Positions 16,607 through 25,427 of a stretch of DNA of 50,005 bases are shown here, one piece after another. The translations under genes and the position numbers were made by a program. Position 1 is the stretch's first letter, and each line of letters begins with the position of its first letter. The stretch lies in the IMG/VR virus record IMGVR_UViG_3300031825_000373, positions 1 through 50,005 of that record; one strand, given 5' to 3'. The stretch comes from a virus (taxonomy: Duplodnaviria > Caudoviricetes). Below the pieces are notes generated by a model. The model was not told the origin of the DNA, did no database searches, and saw nothing but the letters and a program-made list of their open reading frames with translations.

Positions 16607-18626
16607 GCCGTCATTTCGAGCACAGCTAATTACCCGCAGGACATACTCAAGGCCCAAGAACGACCAGGGCACCGAGTTCGAGAGCTGGACAGAGACCGTG
16701 GACCGCGTGGTCGGTCACCAGCGCTGGCTCTGGGAGCGCGCCAAGGGTTCCCCGCTTGACGCCGTCGAGGACTACGAGCTGGGCACGCTGCGTCGCTTCA
16801 TGCTGGAGCGGAAGCTGACCACTTCGGGCCGCACCCTGTGGCTCGGCGGCACGGCTGTCGCCCAGACCCGCGAGGCGTCCCAGTTCAACTGCTCCTTCGA
16901 GCACGTCGAGACCATCCACGATGTGGTCGACGCCTTCTGGCTGCTGCTCCAGGGCTGTGGCGTCGGCGGCAAGCCCATCAACGGCATCCTCAATGGCTTC
17001 GTGAAGCCGGTGGAGGTCCAGGTCATCCGCTCCACCCGGACCATTCAGGACTGGGAGCAGGGGCGCCGTGGCCTGGAGCACAACGACGTCGGCACCTATG
17101 AGCTGGGTGGCAAGACCCACTGGCACCTCACCGTGGGCGACAGTGCAGCCGCCTGGGCGAAGGCCGCTGGTAAGCTTCTGGCGATGAAGCAGCGGGTCGA
17201 CGTGGTCGTCCTGGACTTCTCACAGGTCCGCGCCGCTGGCATCCGCCTCAAGGGCTACGGCTGGATTTCGTCCGGTGACGAGACGGTATCCAAGGCGTTC
17301 GAGGAAATCTGCAACATCCTGTCCCGCCGCGCGGGCAAGCTGCTGCGCAAGCTCGACATCCTCGACGTGATGAACTGGCTGGGCACCACCCTGTCGTCCC
17401 GGCGCTCTGCCGAGATCATGGTGATGGACGCGGCCGATCCCGAGGCCGAGGCGTTCGCCGTCGCGAAGAAGGACCACTGGGCCAACGGCCAGCCCCAGCG
17501 GGCTCAATCGAACAACAGCCTGATCTTCTACTCCAAGCCGACCAAGCTGGAGCTGAAGGGTCTCTTCCAGATGATGATGGATGCCGGTGGCTCCGAGCCC
17601 GGCTTCATCAACGGTGAGGAAGCCCTGCGTCGTGCCCCGTGGTTCAAGGGCGTCAACCCCTGTGCGGAAATCCTCCTCGGGAACAAGTCCTTCTGTAACC
17701 TCGTCGAGGTCGACATGGGCAAGTTCCTGGATGATCCGGACGGCCTCATGCGGGCGGTCTACATCGCCGCTCGGACCAACTACCGCCAGACCTGTGTGGA
17801 CCTCCGGGACGGTGTGCTCTCGGCCTCCTGGCACGAGCTGAATGAGTTCCTGCGCCTCTGTGGTGTCGGTCTCACCGGCATCGTGAAGTGGCTGGACGTC
17901 CGGAAGGTGTCTCATTCCAAGCAGGAGATCGCCGCCCGTCTGGAGGAGCTTCGATGGAATGCCCAGCGCGGCGTCAACAACATGGCCGACGCACTGGGAC
18001 TTCCGCACGCCAAGGCCGTCACCACGGTCAAACCGTCCGGCACCCTCTCGAAGATCATGGACACGACCGAGGGCGTACATCGTCCGCTCGGCAAGTACAT
18101 CTTCAACAACGTCAACTTCTCGAAGCACGATCCCCTGGTGCCCATGCTTGTGGACGCTGGCTACCGTGTCTTCGACAACCCGTATGACACCACTGGAGCC
18201 GTTGTGACCCTCCCGGTTGCTTACGAAGACGTGGCGTTCTCTCGGGTGGAGAAGAATGGCGTGGTACTGGAGGTGAACACCGAGAGCGCCATTGAGCAGC
18301 TGGAGCGCTACAAGCTCCTGATGCAGAACTACGTGGACCACAACTGCTCTATCACGGTCAGCTATGACCCGAGCGAGGTCCCGGAGATCGTCGAGTGGCT
18401 GTACGAAAACTGGGACACCTACGTGGGCGTGTCCTGGCTGTATCGGAACGATCCGACGAAGACGGCAGAAGATTTAGGATACCCTTATCTTCCTCAACAG
18501 GTTGTAACGGAGGACGAATACAAGTCCTACGTCGCAACAATTCTTCCGGTGAGCCTTGACGGTGCTAACTCTTTTGAGGAGCTTCAGGACCGTGAGTGTG
18601 CTACCGGAGCGTGCCCAATCCGTTGA
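16596..18626 (+). CDS. nrdJ: Class II (AdoCbl-dependent) ribonucleotide reductase, monomeric RTPR type
   Basis: RRTYSR, SGRTLWLGG, SQFNC, LLQGCGVG, NPCAEI (thiyl Cys), TVKPSGT, C-terminal CATGACPIR; no R2 subunit gene nearby. Confidence 0.9.
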   Translation: MRPEPSFRAQLITRRTYSRPKNDQGTEFESWTETVDRVVGHQRWLWERAKGSPLDAVEDYELGTLRRFMLERKLTTSGRTLWLGGTAVAQTREASQFNCSFEHVETIHDVVDAFWLLLQGCGVGGKPINGILNGFVKPVEVQVIRSTRTIQDWEQGRRGLEHNDVGTYELGGKTHWHLTVGDSAAAWAKAAGKLLAMKQRVDVVVLDFSQVRAAGIRLKGYGWISSGDETVSKAFEEICNILSRRAGKLLRKLDILDVMNWLGTTLSSRRSAEIMVMDAADPEAEAFAVAKKDHWANGQPQRAQSNNSLIFYSKPTKLELKGLFQMMMDAGGSEPGFINGEEALRRAPWFKGVNPCAEILLGNKSFCNLVEVDMGKFLDDPDGLMRAVYIAARTNYRQTCVDLRDGVLSASWHELNEFLRLCGVGLTGIVKWLDVRKVSHSKQEIAARLEELRWNAQRGVNNMADALGLPHAKAVTTVKPSGTLSKIMDTTEGVHRPLGKYIFNNVNFSKHDPLVPMLVDAGYRVFDNPYDTTGAVVTLPVAYEDVAFSRVEKNGVVLEVNTESAIEQLERYKLLMQNYVDHNCSITVSYDPSEVPEIVEWLYENWDTYVGVSWLYRNDPTKTAEDLGYPYLPQQVVTEDEYKSYVATILPVSLDGANSFEELQDRECATGACPIR

Positions 18627-19033
18627 GCATCTGTGAGTTCTGCTCCTCCGGTTTCGACCGGGGGACAGGACGTGGATCAAATCGGAGGGTGACATGCACT
18701 TCATGTCAGAACGAGCCCAACTTCAGCAAGCTCTTGGACAAAAACAAGAACCTGAAGAGGGTATACGGGATCACACTATCTGAATATCGACAGATGTTAG
18801 CAGATCAAGGCGGAAAGTGCCTTGGGTGTGGTTGCATTCTCAAGGAAGTGTCTAGTCGTCCAAAATCGGGTGACAAACGGGACAATCATGAGACCGTAGT
18901 GGATCATGACCACAGCTCTGGAAGAGTTCGTGGACTGCTTTGTCATAACTGCAACGTGGCCATAGGTCATATGCAGGATGATCCAGAGATTGCTTTTCGG
19001 ATTGGACGTTACTTGGAACAGGCACATCGCTGA
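18623..19033 (+). CDS. Endonuclease VII-family homing endonuclease
   Basis: YGITLSEYRQMLADQGGKCLGC...VDHDHSSGRVRGLLCHNCN; AT-rich; start uncertain (18596 or 18623). Confidence 0.85.
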   Translation: MSICEFCSSGFDRGTGRGSNRRVTCTSCQNEPNFSKLLDKNKNLKRVYGITLSEYRQMLADQGGKCLGCGCILKEVSSRPKSGDKRDNHETVVDHDHSSGRVRGLLCHNCNVAIGHMQDDPEIAFRIGRYLEQAHR

Positions 19034-19131
19034 TGGCCCTGGACCCAGACGAGTATCCCCGCCTCGCTCTGCTGCACTTTGGAATGCTGATCGCCGCCTT
19101 GGCGGTCAGCGTCCATTGGATGCCGCACTGA
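19033..19131 (+). CDS. Small hydrophobic peptide (32 aa)
   Basis: TGATG coupling; MALDPDEYPRLALLHFGMLIAALAVSVHWMPH. Confidence 0.4.
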   Translation: MALDPDEYPRLALLHFGMLIAALAVSVHWMPH

Positions 19132-19149
19132 GCCAACCCCAAGAGACCC

Positions 19150-19830
19150 ATGGCAAAGCGACAGCGCAACGCGAAGTTCGCGGCTGCGGAGGCATCCCGC
19201 GTGCCCCCGCTCCGTCCCCTGAATGAGAAGCAGGACGTCTACATCCGGGCCATCCACGCCAATCCCGTGGTGGTCTCGACCGGCTTCGCCGGGACCGGCA
19301 AGACCTTCATCGCCGCCACCATCGCGGCCGACTGGTATCGGGACGGTGTGATCGACCAGATCACCCTGACGCGACCCAACGTTGCCGCTGGTCAGCGCAT
19401 CGGCTTCTTCCCCGGCACCCTGGAGGAGAAGATGGACCCCTGGATGGCTCCCCTGGTGGAGCGCATCAAGAGCCGCCTGGGGGCGGGCACCTACGAGTGC
19501 GCCGTGAAGAACGGCAACATCCGCGTGAGCCCCTTCGAGACCATGCGCGGCGCCAGCTTCAACGGCGTCACCATCCTCGACGAGGCACAGAACGTGACCC
19601 CTCACGAGATGCAGATGTTCCTCACCCGCTACGAGAGCGGCGTGATGGTCATCAACGGCGATGTCCAGCAGTCGGACCTGAAGGAGACGAGCGGTCTCGC
19701 CCACCTCCTGAAGCTCTGCCGTGCGGGTCTCCTCAGCTTCCCCGTCATCGACTTCAACGACCCCGAGGACATCGTCCGTTCGGACATCGTCCGCGACGTC
19801 ATCCTCGCATACGCAAAGGCTCCTGCATGA
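19150..19830 (+). CDS. phoH: PhoH-family ATPase
   Basis: PLNEKQ, GFAGTGKT, GFFPGTLEEKMDPW, MRGASF, ILDEAQN, NGDVQQSD, DIVRS. Confidence 0.9.
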   Translation: MAKRQRNAKFAAAEASRVPPLRPLNEKQDVYIRAIHANPVVVSTGFAGTGKTFIAATIAADWYRDGVIDQITLTRPNVAAGQRIGFFPGTLEEKMDPWMAPLVERIKSRLGAGTYECAVKNGNIRVSPFETMRGASFNGVTILDEAQNVTPHEMQMFLTRYESGVMVINGDVQQSDLKETSGLAHLLKLCRAGLLSFPVIDFNDPEDIVRSDIVRDVILAYAKAPA

Positions 19831-20165
19831 GCTTCGCCTTGGAAGCCCTCGCGGCTTCCGTCCTCTCTCTGTGTTTCATCGGCGGTGTCGTGGGTATGGG
19901 CGTGCTCGCCTACGACAAGGTCCGCGCGCTTCCGAAGCTCGACGATCCCTCGGTCTACAGCGTGATCGTCAACGGGCAGGAAGCCCTGGAGTTCAAGTTT
20001 CCGACCGGCCAGCAGTTTCTCATGCCCACCGAAGCGGTGGCCTGGATGCTCGGCCTCGCTCCCGCTGAGCCGGAAGGCCAGCACACCGACTGCGTCTCCA
20101 ACACCACCATGGGCTTCGTCGACTTCGAGAACGACGAGGATGAAGCCCGCAAGCGAAAGGCATGA
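19827..20165 (+). CDS. Hypothetical membrane protein
   Basis: ATGA overlap; N-terminal hydrophobic helix. Confidence 0.6.
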   Translation: MSFALEALAASVLSLCFIGGVVGMGVLAYDKVRALPKLDDPSVYSVIVNGQEALEFKFPTGQQFLMPTEAVAWMLGLAPAEPEGQHTDCVSNTTMGFVDFENDEDEARKRKA

Positions 20166-20377
20166 ACATGCGTCTCCTCAACATGACCGTTGCGTCCGTC
20201 CTCACCTCCTTCCAGAAGAACCTGAAGGACCTGGAAGCCATCGCCGAGGCCAAGGCCCGCGAGGCTGAGACCATCCGCCAGCGCATCCAGCGTGAAGCCC
20301 AGAAGGCCGGTGCGGCCGACGCCGAGCGCGATCACGCGCTTCGCGTCCACGCCAAGATCAAGGAGCTGATCGACTGA
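20162..20377 (+). CDS. Hypothetical coiled-coil protein
   Basis: Coupled start/stop; helical sequence. Confidence 0.65.
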   Translation: MNMRLLNMTVASVLTSFQKNLKDLEAIAEAKAREAETIRQRIQREAQKAGAADAERDHALRVHAKIKELID

Positions 20378-20586
20378 TGGGGTTCAAAGACCCGTTCGGT
20401 CACAAGATCAAGGTGGGTGATAAGATCGCTCACGTTCGTCGCTACGGAAGCGGACGTTACCTCGACATCGTCAAGGGCACCGTCGAGGGCTTCACCAAGA
20501 CTGCGGTTCGCTACTCCGACAAGGACTTTCTGCTCCACCTCGGACAGCCTCATCTGATCTTCGTGGATGTGTCCGCCCGTGATTGA
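20377..20586 (+). CDS. Hypothetical protein
   Basis: SD AAGGAG; DPFGHKIKVGDKIA pattern common in small phage proteins. Confidence 0.6.
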   Translation: MGFKDPFGHKIKVGDKIAHVRRYGSGRYLDIVKGTVEGFTKTAVRYSDKDFLLHLGQPHLIFVDVSARD

Positions 20587-21238
20587 CGTCGAACTACTCG
20601 ACTGGATGGGGGACGACGTGGCCGTGGTGAACGCGGCCCGTGTCTCCTTCGCCAAGGAGAGCGAGTATCACTGGGACGAGGACGACTGCGAGTTCTACCT
20701 GAAGCAGGGGGACAAGGGCCTCCTCGACTTCCTGGCCCGCAAGAACCACTGGTCCCCCTTCGCCCACGTCACGCTCAAGTTCCGGGTCAAGGCTCCGATC
20801 TTCGTTGCCCGCCAGCTGGTGAAGCATCAGGTGGGCCTTGTCTGGAATGAGGTGTCCCGCCGCTACGTGGACACGACGCCGACCTTCTATGTCCCCGATG
20901 GGTGGCGGAAGAAGGCTGAGAACGTCAAGCAGGGCTCCAGCGAGGAGACCGTCGACATCTCCGACATCATCTCCATCAACGGCTTCTACGAGACGATGGC
21001 GTCTGCATATGAGCAGTTGAAGGCTCGTGGTGTCTGTCCTGAGCAGATCAGGATGCTCATGCCGCAGAGCATGATGACGGAGTGGATTTGGACCGGCTCG
21101 CTTCTCGCGTTCAGCCGGGTCTGCAAGCTGCGTCAGGCCAAGGACACCCAGGCCGAGACCCGCATCGTCGCCGACCACATCGCATATGAGACTGAACAGG
21201 TCTTCCCGGACTCCTGGGCGGCCTTACAGCGACACTGA
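20567..21238 (+). CDS. thyX: Flavin-dependent thymidylate synthase
   Basis: VVNAARVSF, HWSPF, APIFVARQLVKHQ, NEVSRRY, PQSMMTEWIWTGS, DTQAETR. Confidence 0.92.
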   Translation: MCPPVIDVELLDWMGDDVAVVNAARVSFAKESEYHWDEDDCEFYLKQGDKGLLDFLARKNHWSPFAHVTLKFRVKAPIFVARQLVKHQVGLVWNEVSRRYVDTTPTFYVPDGWRKKAENVKQGSSEETVDISDIISINGFYETMASAYEQLKARGVCPEQIRMLMPQSMMTEWIWTGSLLAFSRVCKLRQAKDTQAETRIVADHIAYETEQVFPDSWAALQRH

Positions 21239-21239
21239 G

Positions 21240-21270
21240 GGAGGGGGCTTCGGCCCCTTCCTAATTTTTC
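21240..21270 (+). terminator. Intrinsic terminator closing the replication/metabolism region
   Basis: GGAGGGGGC-TTCG-GCCCCTTCC followed by TAATTTTT. Confidence 0.75.
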
Positions 21271-21286
21271 ATTTAACTGGGACAAG

Positions 21287-21787
21287 ATGTACGTAAACAG
21301 ACCGAAAAAAGGACGACCTGTTGGATCAGGTAGGGCCAACAGATGGATAGAAGAGCTTCTGAGTACGAACGATCATAAGGACGGTTGTGTGGAGTGGCCA
21401 TTCAGTAAAACTGAAAGTGGGTATGGGTTTTTCACAAACGATGGCGTTCGTTATCGGGTAAATCGCTTTGTATGTAGAAGGGTCTATGGTGAGCCTTCGT
21501 CAGAGGACTTGGACGCAGCTCATTCTTGTGGGAACCGTCTATGTGTTAATCCGAGCCACCTCAGGTGGGCAACCAGAAAGGAAAACTGTGCAGACCGTCT
21601 GATACACGGAACCGAGAACGTCGGTGAGAAAAACGGACAAGCAAAGCTGACTGAAGAGGATGTTCGGGAGATACGTGCGCTTCTCGAAAGTGGGATGAAG
21701 CGGAAGCTGATTGCAGATAGGTTCCATATATCTCTGAGCCACCTGGATGCGATACGAGCCAGGACTAAATGGGCCTATTCTAATTAG
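21287..21787 (+). CDS. HNH homing endonuclease with C-terminal HTH
   Basis: CVEWP...GYG...AAHSCGNRLCVNPSHLRWATRKEN...GEKNGQAKLTEEDV; AT-rich. Confidence 0.88.
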   Translation: MYVNRPKKGRPVGSGRANRWIEELLSTNDHKDGCVEWPFSKTESGYGFFTNDGVRYRVNRFVCRRVYGEPSSEDLDAAHSCGNRLCVNPSHLRWATRKENCADRLIHGTENVGEKNGQAKLTEEDVREIRALLESGMKRKLIADRFHISLSHLDAIRARTKWAYSN

Positions 21788-21803
21788 CAACTCCTACTGG
21801 AAG
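21781..21803 (+). promoter_or_regulatory. Motif B variant (putative late promoter) at the start of the structural region
   Basis: TAATTAGCAA-CTCCTACTG-GAAG: shared 9-bp core with an AT-rich upstream flank. Confidence 0.5.
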
Positions 21804-21816
21804 AAACTATCCTCCG

Positions 21817-22023
21817 ATGAACACACCCCTTAAAGATAAACTCTCTGAGTTACGGGGCATGTCAGCCTACGAGCTTATCACCCGCATGGATGCTGGCTTT
21901 CCGCCCCGCTGCATTGGTCTCAATGAGTCCGTCGAGTCCGCCCATCGCTATGCGGGGCTGAGGGACTTCATCGACGAGTTGGTTGAGATCAAGAAGGAGG
22001 AAGAGACCTCTGACGACGAATGA
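21817..22023 (+). CDS. Small hypothetical protein preceding the head genes
   Basis: ELITRMDAGFPPRC...YAGLRDFIDEL pattern and position typical of T7-like pre-portal genes. Confidence 0.6.
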   Translation: MNTPLKDKLSELRGMSAYELITRMDAGFPPRCIGLNESVESAHRYAGLRDFIDELVEIKKEEETSDDE

Positions 22024-22435
22024 CGTTTGGTGCCGTGTCGAGTACCGGCATCAGACCGTAGTCCAGTTTCTCCAGGATCAAGGCTATCCCCAGCCCTGGA
22101 CCGAGGAGATGTTCGCCAAGGCCCTCGTGGTTCGTGTCTTCGACGACCTCGGGACCATCGGCTACTTCTGGGGACACTGGATCGACAACGGGTGCATGGC
22201 CATCCATGCCTGCGTCGACCGTCTCCGACATCGTGATTGGCTCACCAAGGACGTCGTCCGCCAGCTTCGCCAGATAGCATTCTGGCTGGGGGCTGATGAG
22301 CTGTTCACGTCCATCCGCGACGATGTTCCCAAGGCACCCAAGGTTCGACTTCTGCTCCGACGATTGGGGTTCGTAGAGGACCCTGGACGCTACGGCGAAG
22401 ATCACGGCTTTACTTTGAACCTTTGGGAACCCTGA
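22010..22435 (+). CDS. Putative GNAT-fold protein (CTG start inferred)
   Basis: AAGGAGG 9 nt before an in-frame CTG; IHACVDRLRHR...LLRRLGFVE pattern; pre-portal position. Confidence 0.55.
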   Translation: MTTNDVWCRVEYRHQTVVQFLQDQGYPQPWTEEMFAKALVVRVFDDLGTIGYFWGHWIDNGCMAIHACVDRLRHRDWLTKDVVRQLRQIAFWLGADELFTSIRDDVPKAPKVRLLLRRLGFVEDPGRYGEDHGFTLNLWEP

Positions 22436-22647
22436 TGGGAAGCCTTTTCGATATTCCTGAGCCGACCGTTCCGGCTCCCCCGCCACCCCCGCCTGATCCG
22501 CCGAAGACCTCGGTGACTGATCCGGACGCGGTCTCGAATGCCCGCAAGCGGGCCTCGGCAGAGATGTCCCGTCGTGGACGCTCCAGCCTGAAAATCCCCC
22601 TTGGTGGCGCGTCCAGCGTCGGAAGCGGCGTGGCCATTCCGAAGTGA
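22435..22647 (+). CDS. Small virion protein, T7 gp7.3-like position
   Basis: MG start, Pro-rich, RRGRSSLKIPL; immediately upstream of portal. Confidence 0.7.
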   Translation: MGSLFDIPEPTVPAPPPPPPDPPKTSVTDPDAVSNARKRASAEMSRRGRSSLKIPLGGASSVGSGVAIPK

Positions 22648-24182
22648 CCGAGACGAGCGCCAAGGCTCGGTATGACGAACTGAAAATCCGCCGAGAGCCG
22701 TTCCTGCGACGGGCTCGCGAGTGCTCCAGCCTGACAATCCCGTCCCTGATCCCCCCGGAAGGCCACAACCCCTCAATGGTGTTGCCCCAGCCGGAGCAGG
22801 GTCTGGGGTCACGGCTTGTCGTGAGCCTTGCGTCCCGCCTGATGACGGCCCTCCTGCCTCCTGGCCGCAACTGCCTGCGACTTGGCATCTCCCCTGAAGC
22901 TCTCCTGGAGACCGGCGCTGATGCCGTCCCGGAGGACCTGGAGATTGCCATGGTGAAGACCGAGCGTCTGATCCACATGGAGATCGAGCGGAAGGCATGG
23001 CGTCAGCCGACCAATATGTCCCTCCAGCACCTTATCGTCGGCGGTAACGTGGTGGAGTACCTTCAGCCTGACAACACCATTCGCATCTTCCGCTTCGACC
23101 AGTTCGTGGTCGTCCGGTCTCCATCGGGTGAGGAGGTCGAGTTCGTCATCGCAGATGATCTTGATCCTGACGCTCTGTCTCCTTCCCTGAAAGCCCTGTA
23201 CGAGACGTCAACGCCTCCTCAGGCTTCAGCCGCTGCTCGCCGCGTCACCCTGTACACTTGGGGTGTCCGAGCTGGCGACCGATGGACTGTCCACCAGGAG
23301 CTTGGTGAGACGAAGGTCCCCAAGTCGAGTGGCCGGTACCAGCACAGCAGCCTCCCCTTCCTGTTCCTGCGTTGGCAGGCGGTCGCTGGAGAGGACTACG
23401 GCCGGTCCAAGGTTGAAGAGCACCTTCCTGATCTGAAGACCCTCGACGGCTTCCAGAAGGCCCTGCGTGATGGCGTGGCGATGGCCTCGCGGAACATCAC
23501 CCTGATCCGGCCGAACGCCGCAGCGGGTCTGAACCTGCGACGCAAGATCGCCCGAGCGAACAACGGCGAGTACGTCATCGGCAATCCCGAAGACGTCAAC
23601 ATGCTCCAGTTCGCTAACACGACCGGCATCCAGGTCACTCAGACCGAGCTGGCCCTGCTCCGACAGGAGCTTTCCGCAGCCTTCCTCATGCAGCAATCTG
23701 GTGTCCGAGACGCAGAGCGCGTCACGGCAACGGAAATCCGCATGGTGGCTCAGGAGCTGGAAGGCGTTCTCGGTGGCACCTACTCCATGCTGTCGCAGGA
23801 GATGCTGTCCCGTCGCGTCAACCGTCTGATCTACCAGATGCAGGCCAAGGGCGGTCTGCCCGAGTGGCCGGAAGGCACCATCGAACCTGTCATCCTGACC
23901 GGCCTGGAGGCCCTTGGCCGTGAGGCCCAGATGCAGAACGTGGTGGCGGCCCTCCAGATGCTCGGCGCGGTCAAGCCCGAAATCCAGGAAGAGTACGTGA
24001 AATGGCCCGTCTTGCTGAAGAAGGGCTTCAACGGACTGAACCTCTCCGACGCCGTGAACACGGAAGGGGAGGCGCAAGCCATCCGCGCACAGCGCGCTCA
24101 AACCCAAATGCTCACTGACGCCGTTGGTGCTGCTGCTGGCCCGCTCGCGAACGCGGCGGCCGGTCAGATGGCCCCGGCCTAA
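22644..24182 (+). CDS. Portal (head-tail connector), gp8-like
   Basis: ARECSSLTIPSL, LASRLMTALLPP, GEDYGRS, RDAERVTATEIR..AQELE..LGG.YS. Confidence 0.95.
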   Translation: MTETSAKARYDELKIRREPFLRRARECSSLTIPSLIPPEGHNPSMVLPQPEQGLGSRLVVSLASRLMTALLPPGRNCLRLGISPEALLETGADAVPEDLEIAMVKTERLIHMEIERKAWRQPTNMSLQHLIVGGNVVEYLQPDNTIRIFRFDQFVVVRSPSGEEVEFVIADDLDPDALSPSLKALYETSTPPQASAAARRVTLYTWGVRAGDRWTVHQELGETKVPKSSGRYQHSSLPFLFLRWQAVAGEDYGRSKVEEHLPDLKTLDGFQKALRDGVAMASRNITLIRPNAAAGLNLRRKIARANNGEYVIGNPEDVNMLQFANTTGIQVTQTELALLRQELSAAFLMQQSGVRDAERVTATEIRMVAQELEGVLGGTYSMLSQEMLSRRVNRLIYQMQAKGGLPEWPEGTIEPVILTGLEALGREAQMQNVVAALQMLGAVKPEIQEEYVKWPVLLKKGFNGLNLSDAVNTEGEAQAIRAQRAQTQMLTDAVGAAAGPLANAAAGQMAPA

Positions 24183-24191
24183 CGAGGACCT

Positions 24192-25025
24192 ATGGTCGAC
24201 CAGACCGAACAGACTGAAGACAAGCCGCTTGTTCCCGGCACCCCCGAGTACGATGCGGCGATGATCGCCAAGTTCCGTGGTGAGGAGACCCCTCCCGCCA
24301 CGGGTGGCGAACCGGAAGACACGTCACCCAAGCGGCCCGACGACATCCCTGAGAAGTTCTGGGATGCCGAGAAGGGCGAGGTGGACGTGGCGAAGCTCCT
24401 GAAGAGCTATGGCGAGCTTGAGGCCACCAAGGGTGCGCCCAAGGAAGACAAGCCTGACGACGCCCCTGCTGGTGACACTGCGGCTGCTGACGCGGCCAAG
24501 GAGACCGTCGAGAAGGCGGGCCTGGACTGGGACACGATCCTGGCCAAGGTGCGCACCAATGGTGACATTGACACCTCCGACTACGAAGCCCTGGAGAAGT
24601 CGGGCATCCCCCGCTCTCTGGCGGAAGAGGTGATCGAAAGCCGCAAGGCGAACGTCGAGCGTGAGCGTGTCGCTGCCATTGAGTACATCGGTGGTGAGAA
24701 GGAGGCGACTGACCTTCTGAAGTGGGCGGGTGAGAGCCTGTCCCCCGAGGACAAGGCCGCCTACCAGGGGATGCTGGATGGTCCGCACTGGCGTGTCGCT
24801 GTCGACGCGCTCAAGGCCCGTCGTGCGTCCACCTCCAAGACCGCTGATGAGCCCCAGCTGGAGACCGGCCGCAGCACCGGCACCGTTGGCACTGTCGGCT
24901 ACACCTCCCGCGAGGAGATGAAGGCTGATATGGCGAACCCGCTGTATTACGACCGCACTCCGGCCGGTGAGCGCTTCCGCGCCCAGGTCTACAAGCGTGC
25001 GGAGCTGGCGACCTACCGTCGCTGA
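24192..25025 (+). CDS. Capsid assembly scaffolding protein, gp9-like
   Basis: RPDDIPEKF...LLKSYGELE, acidic, YTSREEMKADMANPLY; between portal and capsid. Confidence 0.88.
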   Translation: MVDQTEQTEDKPLVPGTPEYDAAMIAKFRGEETPPATGGEPEDTSPKRPDDIPEKFWDAEKGEVDVAKLLKSYGELEATKGAPKEDKPDDAPAGDTAAADAAKETVEKAGLDWDTILAKVRTNGDIDTSDYEALEKSGIPRSLAEEVIESRKANVERERVAAIEYIGGEKEATDLLKWAGESLSPEDKAAYQGMLDGPHWRVAVDALKARRASTSKTADEPQLETGRSTGTVGTVGYTSREEMKADMANPLYYDRTPAGERFRAQVYKRAELATYRR

Positions 25026-25153
25026 CAACAACATGGCCGCGTCCTCTGGTCGTTAGACTACGGCGCGGTCCTCTATCACTACCCTCCCCAGCCCCTTCAT
25101 AGAGCTTTTCGCTTGAAGTCGCGTGCATCACTGCGCGCGTCGAGGGGCATTAT

Positions 25154-25229
25154 TGCCAAGTAGCTCAGTTGGTAGAGCAGGTGACTGTTAATCACCGGGT
25201 CGGAGGTTCGATCCCTCCCTTGGCAGCCA
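25154..25229 (+). tRNA. tRNA-Asn (GTT), phage-encoded
   Basis: Acceptor TGCCAAG/CTTGGCA, G discriminator, CCA; D-arm GCTC AGTTGGTA GAGC; anticodon arm GGTGA CTGTTAA TCACC; T-arm GGAGG TTCGATC CCTCC; 76 nt. Confidence 0.95.
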
Positions 25230-25427
25230 AATTCTCCTGTCTAGCCCACAGGAAATCAGGTGTGGCTCCTCATCTCGCGTAATCGGTCGGCTAACCGAGC
25301 GTTGGAACTGTCTCCCCTGAGAAAACACGAAGTACACGCGGCCCGCTACGGCGGAGAACCGTGGAGGAAACGTGCGTTCTGAAACCCGAACTTTTTCAAA
25401 AACAACACCGTTTTCTGGGATTTTACA

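Noticed and set aside
16596-18626. Intein or intron in nrdJ (also considered for polymerase, helicase and terminase)
   Set aside because: Proteins are of normal or compact length with contiguous motifs and no intein splice signatures.
25091-25148. Hammerhead or HDV-like ribozyme next to the tRNA
   Set aside because: No CUGANGA/GAAA core on either strand, and I could not build the nested double pseudoknot by eye.
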